Made by a program: the position numbers and the translations under genes. This document shows, piece by piece, positions 41,654-49,698 of a stretch of DNA of 49,698 nt; position 1 is the first letter of the stretch; each line of letters opens with the position of its first letter. Under the pieces are notes generated by a model. That model did not search any database, had not been told where the DNA came from, and saw only the letters and a list, made by a program, of their open reading frames with translations. Source of the stretch: an uncultured Alphaproteobacteria bacterium (GTDB lineage: Bacteria; Pseudomonadota; Alphaproteobacteria; Caulobacterales; Caulobacteraceae); the NCBI GenBank assembly GCA_903933475.1, contig CAIZKE010000208.1, positions 1 to 49,698 of the forward strand, in the 5' to 3' direction.

Positions 41654-42426
41654 TTCGCCCTCAGCCTGCGCATGCCGCCCAGCCAACGGTCGTAGTCCGC
41701 CGTCTTGCGCTGCATGTAGGTGAGGACGATCTCGTGCGGCAGGATCAGGAAGCTCTCCGCCTCCAGTCCCTTGACCACAGCCTCGGCCACATCGTCAGGC
41801 GACAGGACGCCATCCAGGTTCTGCGGCTGCTCCTGGCCGCCACCGGCCCGAAGCATGGCCGTATCCACGCCCTGCGGGCAGAGGACCGAGACCTTGATCC
41901 CCAGGTCGCCCTGGGCGATGGCCAGGCTCTCGGCGAAGCCGATGGCCGCGTGCTTGGTGGTGGAATAGACCGCGCTGCCGATCTGCGAGAGCAGGCCTGC
42001 CGCCGAGACCGTGTTGAGGATATAGCCCTCGCCCCGGGCAATCATGCCGGGCAGGGCGGCTCGGGCGCCATAGACGTGGGCCATGACATTGACCCCCCAG
42101 GCCCGGTTCCAGACCGCGTCGCTCGCCGAGGCGGCGTTGTCGGGGTCCGGCTCGCCGCCGCCCACGCCGGCGTTCTGGCAGAGCAGGTCGATGCGCCCAT
42201 GCGCGGCCTCCACCGCCCGGACCATCACCTCGATGGCCTCCGGGTCGGAGACGTCCACGCCGTAGGACGAGCCGCCGATCTCGGCCGCGACCTTCGCGGC
42301 GCCCTCGGCGTTGAGGTCGACGACGCCGATGTGGGCCGCGCCCTCCCGGGCGAAGCGCCGGCAGAGGGCTGCGCCGATGCCATCGGCGCCTCCGGTCACG
42401 ATGATGATCTTTCCTTGAATCTTCAT
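41635..42426 (-). CDS. Short-chain dehydrogenase/reductase
   Basis: TGGADGIG, NAG and YSTTK. Confidence 0.92.
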   Translation of the reverse strand: MKIQGKIIIVTGGADGIGAALCRRFAREGAAHIGVVDLNAEGAAKVAAEIGGSSYGVDVSDPEAIEVMVRAVEAAHGRIDLLCQNAGVGGGEPDPDNAASASDAVWNRAWGVNVMAHVYGARAALPGMIARGEGYILNTVSAAGLLSQIGSAVYSTTKHAAIGFAESLAIAQGDLGIKVSVLCPQGVDTAMLRAGGGQEQPQNLDGVLSPDDVAEAVVKGLEAESFLILPHEIVLTYMQRKTADYDRWLGGMRRLRAKVLGRV

Positions 42427-42435
42427 GGAGGACTC

Positions 42436-43842
42436 CTAGTCGTAGGCCATCAGGATTTCGTCGAGCGCCCGCTCAAGGTCGATGACGGTCGAGCACTGGG
42501 TGAGAAGTGTACAGAAAGGGCGGTATTCCAGCAGGCAGCTGTCCCCCGAGCCCCAGTTCGGTGCCGGCTCCGGGCAGAGCCAGACCAGGCGTTTGGCCTG
42601 GTCGGCGATCTGCTTGAAGACGTCCAGGCGCGGGTTCGAATAGTTGGAGCGGCCGTCGCCGAGGATCAGGACGGTGGTCCGCCGGTCGATCACCTCGCCG
42701 AAGTCCCGGTCCAGCTCCAGGAAGGCCGCACCATAGTCGGTGCCCCCCGAGCCCACCTCGTCGACGATGGCGCGCATGGCGGTCTCGAAGGGCAGGGTCT
42801 CGAGCGGTCGGCCGACGTCAGCCAGGTGGGCCGAGAAGGCGAAGGTCTCCAGGTCGGTGACCTTTTCCTTCAGGGCGTGCAGGAAGAGGAGCAGGAAGCG
42901 GACATACTGGGCCACCGAGCCCGAGACGTCGCAGACCGCCACGATCTTGGGCCGGTCCTTGCGCTTGATCTTCCAGATGATGTCGAAGGGCACCCCGTCA
43001 TGGCCGGCGTTGGCGCGCAGGGTGCGGCGCACGTCCAGCCGGCCCCGGTCCCTGACCTTGCGCCGGCGCGCGTGGCGGACGGCCAGGCGCTTGGCCATGC
43101 GCTCGACCAGGGCCCGCATGCGGGCGGTGTCGCTGCGCCCCAGGGCGCCGAAACTGCGCTCGGCCAGGATCTCGTTCATGAAGGCGTCCTGCGCCGACCG
43201 ACCGTAGATCTCGAACCTGGCCTCGACGAAGGCGCGGGTCTGCTTCTGCAGGGCCGAACGGTCGCCCATCAGGGCCTCGGCGTCCGCCTGTCCCTGCGCG
43301 TCGCGGCGGCCCAGGGCCTCCATCAGCCGCGCCTCCAGGGCCTCGACGCCCATCTGCTCCATCATCTTGCGGACGTAGTAGCCGGACTGGGTGGCGAAGC
43401 GGATCTCGTCCACCCCCGCCGCCGCGCCGGCCCGCTCCAGGGCCATGGCCATCTTTCCGGGGTTCTCACCCCTGGCCAGGGCGGAGAGGGCCTCCACCGG
43501 ATCGCCGCCCTCATCGCCCTCGGCGTCCCCGGACTGGGGGTCAGTCCCCGCCTCGCCCTCGCCGGGCCGTCCGGAGTCCGGGTCCCCTCCCTCGCCGGGC
43601 TGGCCCTCGGACGCAGCGGCAGCGGCGGCTTCCCGGCTGAAGTAGAGCTCGAACAGCTGTTCGTGGATCGCCTTTTCCTCGACCGACTTGGCCAGAACGG
43701 TTCCCAGGGCGGTCTTCAGGACGCGCCTGTCTTCCCAGCCCACCACTTCGACCGTGCGCGCGGCGTCCATGGCCTCGGTGGTCGAGACCCCGGCACCGGC
43801 GGACCGCAGGGCCCGGATATAGCGGGTGAGCGTCCGCTCCAT
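42436..43842 (-). CDS. VWA domain protein (CoxE-like)
   Basis: GRLDVRRTLRAN, MIDAS DVSGS, GGTDYG, ILGDGRSN and WLCPE. Confidence 0.9.
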   Translation of the reverse strand: MERTLTRYIRALRSAGAGVSTTEAMDAARTVEVVGWEDRRVLKTALGTVLAKSVEEKAIHEQLFELYFSREAAAAAASEGQPGEGGDPDSGRPGEGEAGTDPQSGDAEGDEGGDPVEALSALARGENPGKMAMALERAGAAAGVDEIRFATQSGYYVRKMMEQMGVEALEARLMEALGRRDAQGQADAEALMGDRSALQKQTRAFVEARFEIYGRSAQDAFMNEILAERSFGALGRSDTARMRALVERMAKRLAVRHARRRKVRDRGRLDVRRTLRANAGHDGVPFDIIWKIKRKDRPKIVAVCDVSGSVAQYVRFLLLFLHALKEKVTDLETFAFSAHLADVGRPLETLPFETAMRAIVDEVGSGGTDYGAAFLELDRDFGEVIDRRTTVLILGDGRSNYSNPRLDVFKQIADQAKRLVWLCPEPAPNWGSGDSCLLEYRPFCTLLTQCSTVIDLERALDEILMAYD

Positions 43843-44816
43843 CAGCGGCCGGCCTTGTCCCCGCTGTCGAGCAGGGCCTCCACCTTGCCCGACACCTCGG
43901 CGATGTCGGACTGCCGCTTGAGGATGACGTTCAGGGTTGAGCGCACCATGGCCGGCTCGAGGGAGTCAGCGTGCAGCAGGATCAGGGTGCGGGCCCAGTC
44001 GATGGTCTCGCTGATCGAGGGCAGCTTGCGGATATTCTCGCCCCGGACAGCCTGGATGAAGGCCACCAGGCGCTCCAGCAGGCGGTCGGAGATGCCGGGA
44101 ACCCGGGTGCGCACGATCCGCGCCTCCAGTTCGGCGTCGGGGAAGTCGATGTGCAGGTGCAGGCAACGGCGCTTGAGGGCGTCGCCCAGTTCGCGGGTGG
44201 CATTGGAGGTCAGCACCACCAGGGGCGGTACCTGGGCCGCGATGGTCCCGATCTCGGGCACGGTCACCTGGTAGTCCGAGAGGACCTCCAGCAGCAGGGC
44301 CTCGAACTCTTCGTCGGACTTGTCGATCTCGTCGATCAGCAGGACCGAGCCCGTCGACTGCTCCATGGCCTTCAGGAGGGGCCGCGGCTCCAGGAAGTCG
44401 CGGGAGAAGAAGATGTCCTGGAAGCCGTTCAGCTTGTGCAGGGCCTCGTCCAGGCTGTCGGCGTCCTCGACCAGGTGGCCGATCTTGTCCTTGAGGATCT
44501 GGGTGTAGAGGAGCTGCTTGCCGTACTTCCACTCATAGAGGGCCTTGGACTCGTCCAGGCCCTCGTAGCACTGCATCCGGATCAGGGGCTGGTCCAGGCC
44601 CAGGGCCACCGAGCGGGCGAGGTCGGTCTTGCCGACCCCGGCGGGCCCCTCGATCAGGACCGGCTTGCGCAGATGGTGGGCCAGGTAGACGGCTGTGGCG
44701 ATCTCCGGCGTGGCGATGTATCCCGACTGCGCCAGCATGGACAGGACCGCCTCAACGGAGGCGAGGCCCTCCGGCGTCTCCACACTTTTCGCCGCACCCG
44801 TCACCACATCCGTCAT
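43842..44816 (-). CDS. MoxR-family AAA+ ATPase (CoxD-like)
   Basis: EGPAGVGKT, RMQCYEGLD, LLIDEIDK and LTSN...DALKRRC. ATG 44816 follows GGAGA. The stop overlaps the VWA gene start. Confidence 0.92.
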   Translation of the reverse strand: MTDVVTGAAKSVETPEGLASVEAVLSMLAQSGYIATPEIATAVYLAHHLRKPVLIEGPAGVGKTDLARSVALGLDQPLIRMQCYEGLDESKALYEWKYGKQLLYTQILKDKIGHLVEDADSLDEALHKLNGFQDIFFSRDFLEPRPLLKAMEQSTGSVLLIDEIDKSDEEFEALLLEVLSDYQVTVPEIGTIAAQVPPLVVLTSNATRELGDALKRRCLHLHIDFPDAELEARIVRTRVPGISDRLLERLVAFIQAVRGENIRKLPSISETIDWARTLILLHADSLEPAMVRSTLNVILKRQSDIAEVSGKVEALLDSGDKAGR

Positions 44817-44968
44817 CTCGTCTCCCCCGCCCGCCGTTCGCGGGTCCCGTTGGTTTCCGGTCCGGCCGAGCATTAGCCGACAGATCCTTCGAGACCAACC
44901 GTCATCCCTTCCTTGCCCCGGAAATTTGAATAAGGTGTATGGAGCGACCGCAGAGTCCGGGGAGGTCC

Positions 44969-45592
44969 ATGAAGCTCTATCACTGCGCAGATGCGCGTTC
45001 CCTGCGCCCCCTCTGGGCGCTGGAAGAGCTGGGTGCCGACTACGAGTTGGTCAACATGGCCTTCCCACCCCGGGCGACCTATCCCGGCTACCTCAACATC
45101 AATCCCCTGGGTACGGTCCCGACTTTTGTCGACGGCGACGTCACCCTCACCGAGTCCACGGGCATCTGCCACTACCTGGGCGAGAAGTTCGCGCCCACGG
45201 ACCTGCGGGTCGATCCCGCCGAGCCAGCCTATGGCGAGTACCTGAACTGGTTGTACCGCAGCGACGCGACCCTGACCTTTCCCCAGACCATCGTGCTCAG
45301 GTACACGCGCCTGGAGCCGAAGGAGCGTCGCCTGCCCCAGGCGGCCGAAGACTATACGGTCTGGTACCTTTCGCGCCTGCGCAGCGTTGAGGCGGCCCTC
45401 GAGGACAGGGAGTTCCTGTGCGCCGGGCGCTTCACAATGGCCGACATCGCCGTCCACTACGCCCTCTTCCTGGGTGAGACCCTGGGCCTGGCTGAGCGCT
45501 ACAAGCCCCGCTCCCGGGACTATCTGGAACGGCTCAAGGAACGCCCGGCCCTTCGGAAGGCCCGGGAGAGACAGGCCGCCGGGGCGGCCTGA
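44969..45592 (+). CDS. Glutathione S-transferase family protein
   Basis: RSLRPLWALEELG, INPLGTVP, TESTGI and FTMADI. ATG follows GGAGG. Confidence 0.92.
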   Translation: MKLYHCADARSLRPLWALEELGADYELVNMAFPPRATYPGYLNINPLGTVPTFVDGDVTLTESTGICHYLGEKFAPTDLRVDPAEPAYGEYLNWLYRSDATLTFPQTIVLRYTRLEPKERRLPQAAEDYTVWYLSRLRSVEAALEDREFLCAGRFTMADIAVHYALFLGETLGLAERYKPRSRDYLERLKERPALRKARERQAAGAA

Positions 45593-45645
45593 GCGACCTC
45601 TATGCACGCACAAGCCAGGGGCGCCGGCCCCGCGGGAGTGAGACC

Positions 45646-46854
45646 ATGAGCACAGTTGATCCCAAGGACCTTGCGGACTTTTCCGAGCAGGCCGACGCCT
45701 GGTTCGCCGAGAACGTCGCGCGCGATCCTGGCTTCATGCTGCCCCTGACCTTCATGGAGGTCGGCACGGACACGCAGTTCAACTTCCTGCGGGACTGGCA
45801 GAACAAGGTCTGGGAGGCTGGCTACCTGGGGGCCGCCTGGCCGAAGGCCTATGGGGGCGGCGGGCTTCCGCAGGCCTTCCAGATCGCCGCTACCCGGGCC
45901 ATGCGCAAGCGCCAGGGTCCGATCATGCTCAACGCCATCGGCCTGAACTGGGCCGGGCCCCTCCTGTTGGAGATGGGGACCGAGGCGCAGAAGCAGGCCC
46001 ACCTGAAGGGCATTCTCTCGGCCGAGGACATCTGGTGCCAGGGCTTCTCCGAGCCCGGCCACGGCTCGGACCTGGGCTCGGCCCAGACCCGGGCAGTCCG
46101 TGATGGCGACCACTATGTGGTCAATGGATCCAAGATCTGGACCACCCTGGGCCGCTACGCGAAGTACATGATCCTGCTGGCCCGGACCGATCCGTCCACC
46201 GAGCGCAAGTATGACGGGCTGAGCTTCTTCCTCATGCCCATGAAGGCACCCGGCATCGAGACCGTCCCGATCCGCAAGCTGACCGGCGAGCACGGCTTCA
46301 CCCAGACCTTCTTCACGGACGCAAAGGCCCCGGCCGACGGCCTGGTCGGTCCCGAAGGCGGTGGCTGGAAGGTGGCCATGCGCACCCTTGAGTACGAGCG
46401 CGGGGCCCGGGGCGGGCAGGCCGGAGGCTATGTCTCGGTCGGTGCCAACGCCTTCGACGTCTTCGAGCTGGCCCAGCGGACGAAGCGCGGCGGCCAGCCG
46501 GTTCTGGAAGACCCCCTGATCGCTGACGAGATGGTCGGCTTCCTGATGGAGATCCAGGCCCTGACCCTCAACGGCCAGCGCACCCAGGTGCCCGAGTTGA
46601 TCGCCGACCGGCCCCAGGGCATCCCCCTGGCCTCCAAGCTGATGGGCACGGAGATGTCCCGGAGGCTCAATGATTTTGCGGTCCGCCTCACCGGCGTCCG
46701 CGGGGCCTATTTTGTCGATGAGCCAGAGGCTGCGGACAACGGCCTGTGGGCGCGCAACTACCTGAATGCCTTCTCGGCCACCATCGGCGGGGGCACCTCG
46801 CAGATTCAGGCCAACATCGTCGGCGAGCACGTGCTCGGCCTTCCGAAGTCCTAG
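45646..46854 (+). CDS. Acyl-CoA dehydrogenase (catalytic-type subunit)
   Basis: WCQGFSEPGHGSDL, NGSKIWTT, TLEYERG and TIGGGTSQIQ. Confidence 0.93.
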   Translation: MSTVDPKDLADFSEQADAWFAENVARDPGFMLPLTFMEVGTDTQFNFLRDWQNKVWEAGYLGAAWPKAYGGGGLPQAFQIAATRAMRKRQGPIMLNAIGLNWAGPLLLEMGTEAQKQAHLKGILSAEDIWCQGFSEPGHGSDLGSAQTRAVRDGDHYVVNGSKIWTTLGRYAKYMILLARTDPSTERKYDGLSFFLMPMKAPGIETVPIRKLTGEHGFTQTFFTDAKAPADGLVGPEGGGWKVAMRTLEYERGARGGQAGGYVSVGANAFDVFELAQRTKRGGQPVLEDPLIADEMVGFLMEIQALTLNGQRTQVPELIADRPQGIPLASKLMGTEMSRRLNDFAVRLTGVRGAYFVDEPEAADNGLWARNYLNAFSATIGGGTSQIQANIVGEHVLGLPKS

Positions 46855-46867
46855 GGAGGCGAGGGCA

Positions 46868-47992
46868 ATGAAGGATCTGGGACGGATCGGTTTCTCCGAG
46901 GACCAGGCGACTCTCCTGGACGTCGCCACGGACTTTTGCCTGCGGCGCTCTCCGGTGGCGACCGTGCGCCACCTGATGGAGGCTGAGGCTGGCCACGACC
47001 CCGCGGTCTGGGCCGAGCTGGGCGACCTGGGCTGGCTGGGCGTGGCCATACCCGAAGCCTACGGCGGTTCCGGGCTTGGCCTTGCCGAGGTGGTCCCCTT
47101 GGTGGAGCAGATGGGCCGTCGGCTCATGGCCGGCCCCTTCGTCTCCACAACCCTCGCCGCCCAGGCCCTGATCGCCGGTGGGACCGAGGACCAGAAGCGC
47201 GAGGCCCTGCCTCGGATCGCGGCCGGCGAGGCGGCGACCCTGGCCCTGGCCGAGCTGGACACCGACTGGGAGACGGACGCCATCGCCTGCACCGCAACCC
47301 GGCAGGCCGACGGCCGCCTGGCCCTGTCCGGGCGCAAGGTCCTGGTCACCGATGCCGACGAGGCTCGCCGGATCATCGCCTCCGTCCGGATCGACGGCAC
47401 CCCCGCCCTGGTGCTGCTGACGCCCGATGACCTCCCCGCCGGTGCCCTTCGCCGGGAGACGGTGATCGATGGGACGCGAAGGTCCTTCGCCCTGACCCTC
47501 GACGGGATCGTACTGGACCCTGACCGGCGGTTCGATCCGGACCGGGCAGTTGCAGCCCTCGAACACATCCACCTGGCGGCCAATCTCCTGGCTGCCGCCG
47601 ACATGGTGGGCGGGACCCAGGCCTGCATCGACTACACCCTGGACTACCTGCGGACCCGCACCCAGTTCGGCAAGGTGATCGGCTCCTACCAGGCACTGAA
47701 GCATCCCATCGTCGACGCCTACACCCGCTACGAGCAGGCCCGGTCGCATCTCTACAGCGCCGCGCACTGCTTCAACGAGCAGGGGACTGGCGAGATCGCC
47801 GTTCGCATGGCCAAGGCCTCCGCAGACGTCGCCTACAGCTTCGCCGCCGACCGGGCGATCCAGTTCCACGGGGGCTTCGGCTTCACCTGGGACTGCGACG
47901 CCCAGCTCTACCGCCGCCGGGCCATCTGGCACGCGGCCCAGTTCGGCGACGCCGCCTTCCACCGCAAAAAACTCGCCCGCCTTCTCTTCTGA
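46868..47992 (+). CDS. Acyl-CoA dehydrogenase (short partner-type subunit)
   Basis: IPEAYGGSG, RTQFGKVIGSYQALKH and QFHGGFGFTW. Confidence 0.9.
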   Translation: MKDLGRIGFSEDQATLLDVATDFCLRRSPVATVRHLMEAEAGHDPAVWAELGDLGWLGVAIPEAYGGSGLGLAEVVPLVEQMGRRLMAGPFVSTTLAAQALIAGGTEDQKREALPRIAAGEAATLALAELDTDWETDAIACTATRQADGRLALSGRKVLVTDADEARRIIASVRIDGTPALVLLTPDDLPAGALRRETVIDGTRRSFALTLDGIVLDPDRRFDPDRAVAALEHIHLAANLLAAADMVGGTQACIDYTLDYLRTRTQFGKVIGSYQALKHPIVDAYTRYEQARSHLYSAAHCFNEQGTGEIAVRMAKASADVAYSFAADRAIQFHGGFGFTWDCDAQLYRRRAIWHAAQFGDAAFHRKKLARLLF

Positions 47993-48005
47993 TCCCGGAC
48001 CCGCC

Positions 48006-49698
48006 ATGACCGATACCGCTTCCCCACCGCCCGCCACCCGCGCGGAGGCCCTCGCCATCCTTACGGCGTCCGGCCAACCCTACGAACTGGCGACCCTCGA
48101 GATTGGCGGCTACCCGCGGAAGATCTTCGCTGCAGCCCCGCCGACCCTGCGGGAGATGTTCGCCGCCGCCGTGTCGGACGCCACCTTCCTGGTCTATGGC
48201 GAGGAGCGCCTGACCTTCGCCGAGGTCGCCCGGGACGCCGCACGCCTGGCTTCCGTCCTGGTCACCCGCTTCGGGGTCGGCAAGGGCGACCGGGTCGCCT
48301 TCTCCATGCGCAACTTCCCGGAGTGGGTCATCGTCTACCAGGCGGCGACCTCCATCGGTGCCGTGGCCGTGGCCATGAACGCCCTCTGGCAGTCGGATGA
48401 GCTGGAGTATGGCCTGAAGGACTCCGGTGCGAAGGTCTTCATCGCCGACCAGGAGCGCCTGGACCGCCTTGCGGGCTGTTCGCCGGATCTCATCGTGCCG
48501 GTCATCGCCGTCCGCGCAGACCGTCCGGGTAAGGCAGCCCGCTATGAGGACCTGATGGCAGAGGCTGCGGGCGCGGCCTTGCCGGCCGCCGACATCGCCC
48601 CTGACGATGACGCCACCATCTTCTACACCTCGGGCTCCACGGGCCATCCCAAGGGGGTGGTGTCGTCCCACCGCAACATCATCTCCGCCCTGTTCTCCTG
48701 GGAGCTGGACGTCCGCGCCGGCGGCCTCGTGGCGGGGATCGAGCCGGTCCCGCCCGCCCGCCAGCCGGTCGCCCTGCTGGGCGTGCCCCTGTTCCATGTC
48801 ACCGGCGCCAACGCCATTTTCCTGCAGTGCTACCGGGCCCAGCGCGCCATGGTCTGCATGTACAAGTGGGACGCGGAACTGGCGGCCGAGATCATCGAGC
48901 GGGAGCACGTCACCAGCTTTACCGCCCCGGCGGCCATGACCGGGGACCTGGTGCGCGAGGCCAAACGGACCTCCCGGGACCTCTCCAGCCTGCTCACCGT
49001 CGGCGGCGGCGGGGCGCCCCGGGCGCCCGAGCAGGTCGCGCAGATCGGCTCGTCCTTTGGCCAGGCCATGCCCAACACCGGCTGGGGCATGACCGAGACC
49101 AACGCCATCGGCACCGGCATCGGCGGCGAGGAATACCTCAACCGCCCGGCCAGCTCAGGCCGCTGCTCGGCGGTTCTGGAGCTGAAGATCCTCGATGAAC
49201 AGGGCCGGGCCCTGCCCGCCGGCGAACGGGGCGAACTGCTGATCCGGGGGACCAGCGTCTTCGGGGGTTACTGGAACCGGGCGGAGCTCAACGCAGAGAT
49301 CTTCGAGGACGGCTGGTTCCGGACCGGGGACGTCGCCTACCTGGACGACGAGGGCTATCTCTTCATCGTCGACCGCATCAAGGACCTCATCATCCGGGGC
49401 GGCGAGAACATCGGCTGTGGCCAGGTGGAGGCGGCCCTGCTCAAGCATCCGCACATCCACGAAGCGGCGGTCTATGCGGTGCCGGACGAGCGGCTGGGCG
49501 AAGAGGTCGGCGCCACGGTCCACGGCGATCCGGGCCTCGACCCCGACGAAATCCGCGACTTCCTCAAGGATCAGCTCGCCCGGTTCGAGGTGCCGCGCTA
49601 CATCGACATCTCGCCGGAACCCCTGCCACGTATCGCTTCGGGCAAGATCCTCAAGCGCGGCCTGCGCGACGAGGCGGCCCGCCGTCTCGCCGCCGCCC
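48006..49698 (+). CDS. AMP-dependent acyl-CoA synthetase (long-chain fatty acid-CoA ligase-like; stop lies beyond the window)
   Basis: Manual translation from ATG 48006: YTSGSTGHPKG, GWGMTET, GWFRTGD, DRIKDLIIRGGENI and SGKILK. Absent from the ORF track because it has no stop. Confidence 0.93.
   Translation, partial: MTDTASPPPATRAEALAILTASGQPYELATLEIGGYPRKIFAAAPPTLREMFAAAVSDATFLVYGEERLTFAEVARDAARLASVLVTRFGVGKGDRVAFSMRNFPEWVIVYQAATSIGAVAVAMNALWQSDELEYGLKDSGAKVFIADQERLDRLAGCSPDLIVPVIAVRADRPGKAARYEDLMAEAAGAALPAADIAPDDDATIFYTSGSTGHPKGVVSSHRNIISALFSWELDVRAGGLVAGIEPVPPARQPVALLGVPLFHVTGANAIFLQCYRAQRAMVCMYKWDAELAAEIIEREHVTSFTAPAAMTGDLVREAKRTSRDLSSLLTVGGGGAPRAPEQVAQIGSSFGQAMPNTGWGMTETNAIGTGIGGEEYLNRPASSGRCSAVLELKILDEQGRALPAGERGELLIRGTSVFGGYWNRAELNAEIFEDGWFRTGDVAYLDDEGYLFIVDRIKDLIIRGGENIGCGQVEAALLKHPHIHEAAVYAVPDERLGEEVGATVHGDPGLDPDEIRDFLKDQLARFEVPRYIDISPEPLPRIASGKILKRGLRDEAARRLAAA

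Noticed and set aside
41734-44274. 846-aa plus-strand ORF
   Set aside because: Antisense to the SDR, VWA and MoxR genes; no motifs.

Overview
A GC-rich alphaproteobacterial chromosome segment, most like Caulobacteraceae (Phenylobacterium/Caulobacter-like) judging by gene content and order. Most of it is housekeeping: def, rmuC, recR, dnaX with SRP RNA, nudC, pheA, kdsB, cytochrome c, groESL with a CIRCE-like operator, zapA with 6S RNA, and tkt-purT-gap-pgk-fba. The right end is a lipid/acyl-CoA catabolic region. The best candidate for an undescribed system is a two-gene insert at about 28.3-35.1 kb. It encodes a ~1584-aa membrane-anchored protein fusing a cytochrome P450 (atypical I-helix, no redox partner nearby), an uncharacterised duplicated His-Phe-Ala module and a complete DyP-type peroxidase. 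Upstream is a SARP-like wHTH/TolB-like/TPR regulator whose promoter region carries five TTCACG hexamers on an exact 11-bp period. Also notable: a four-gene secreted/membrane cassette (DUF6152- and 2x DUF6644-like) with CopC/CopD-like features, and an orphan degenerate Flp pilin with CtrA-like sites but no tad/cpa genes. No tRNA, rRNA, CRISPR or transposase was seen. All family assignments come from motif recognition by eye; no searches were run.
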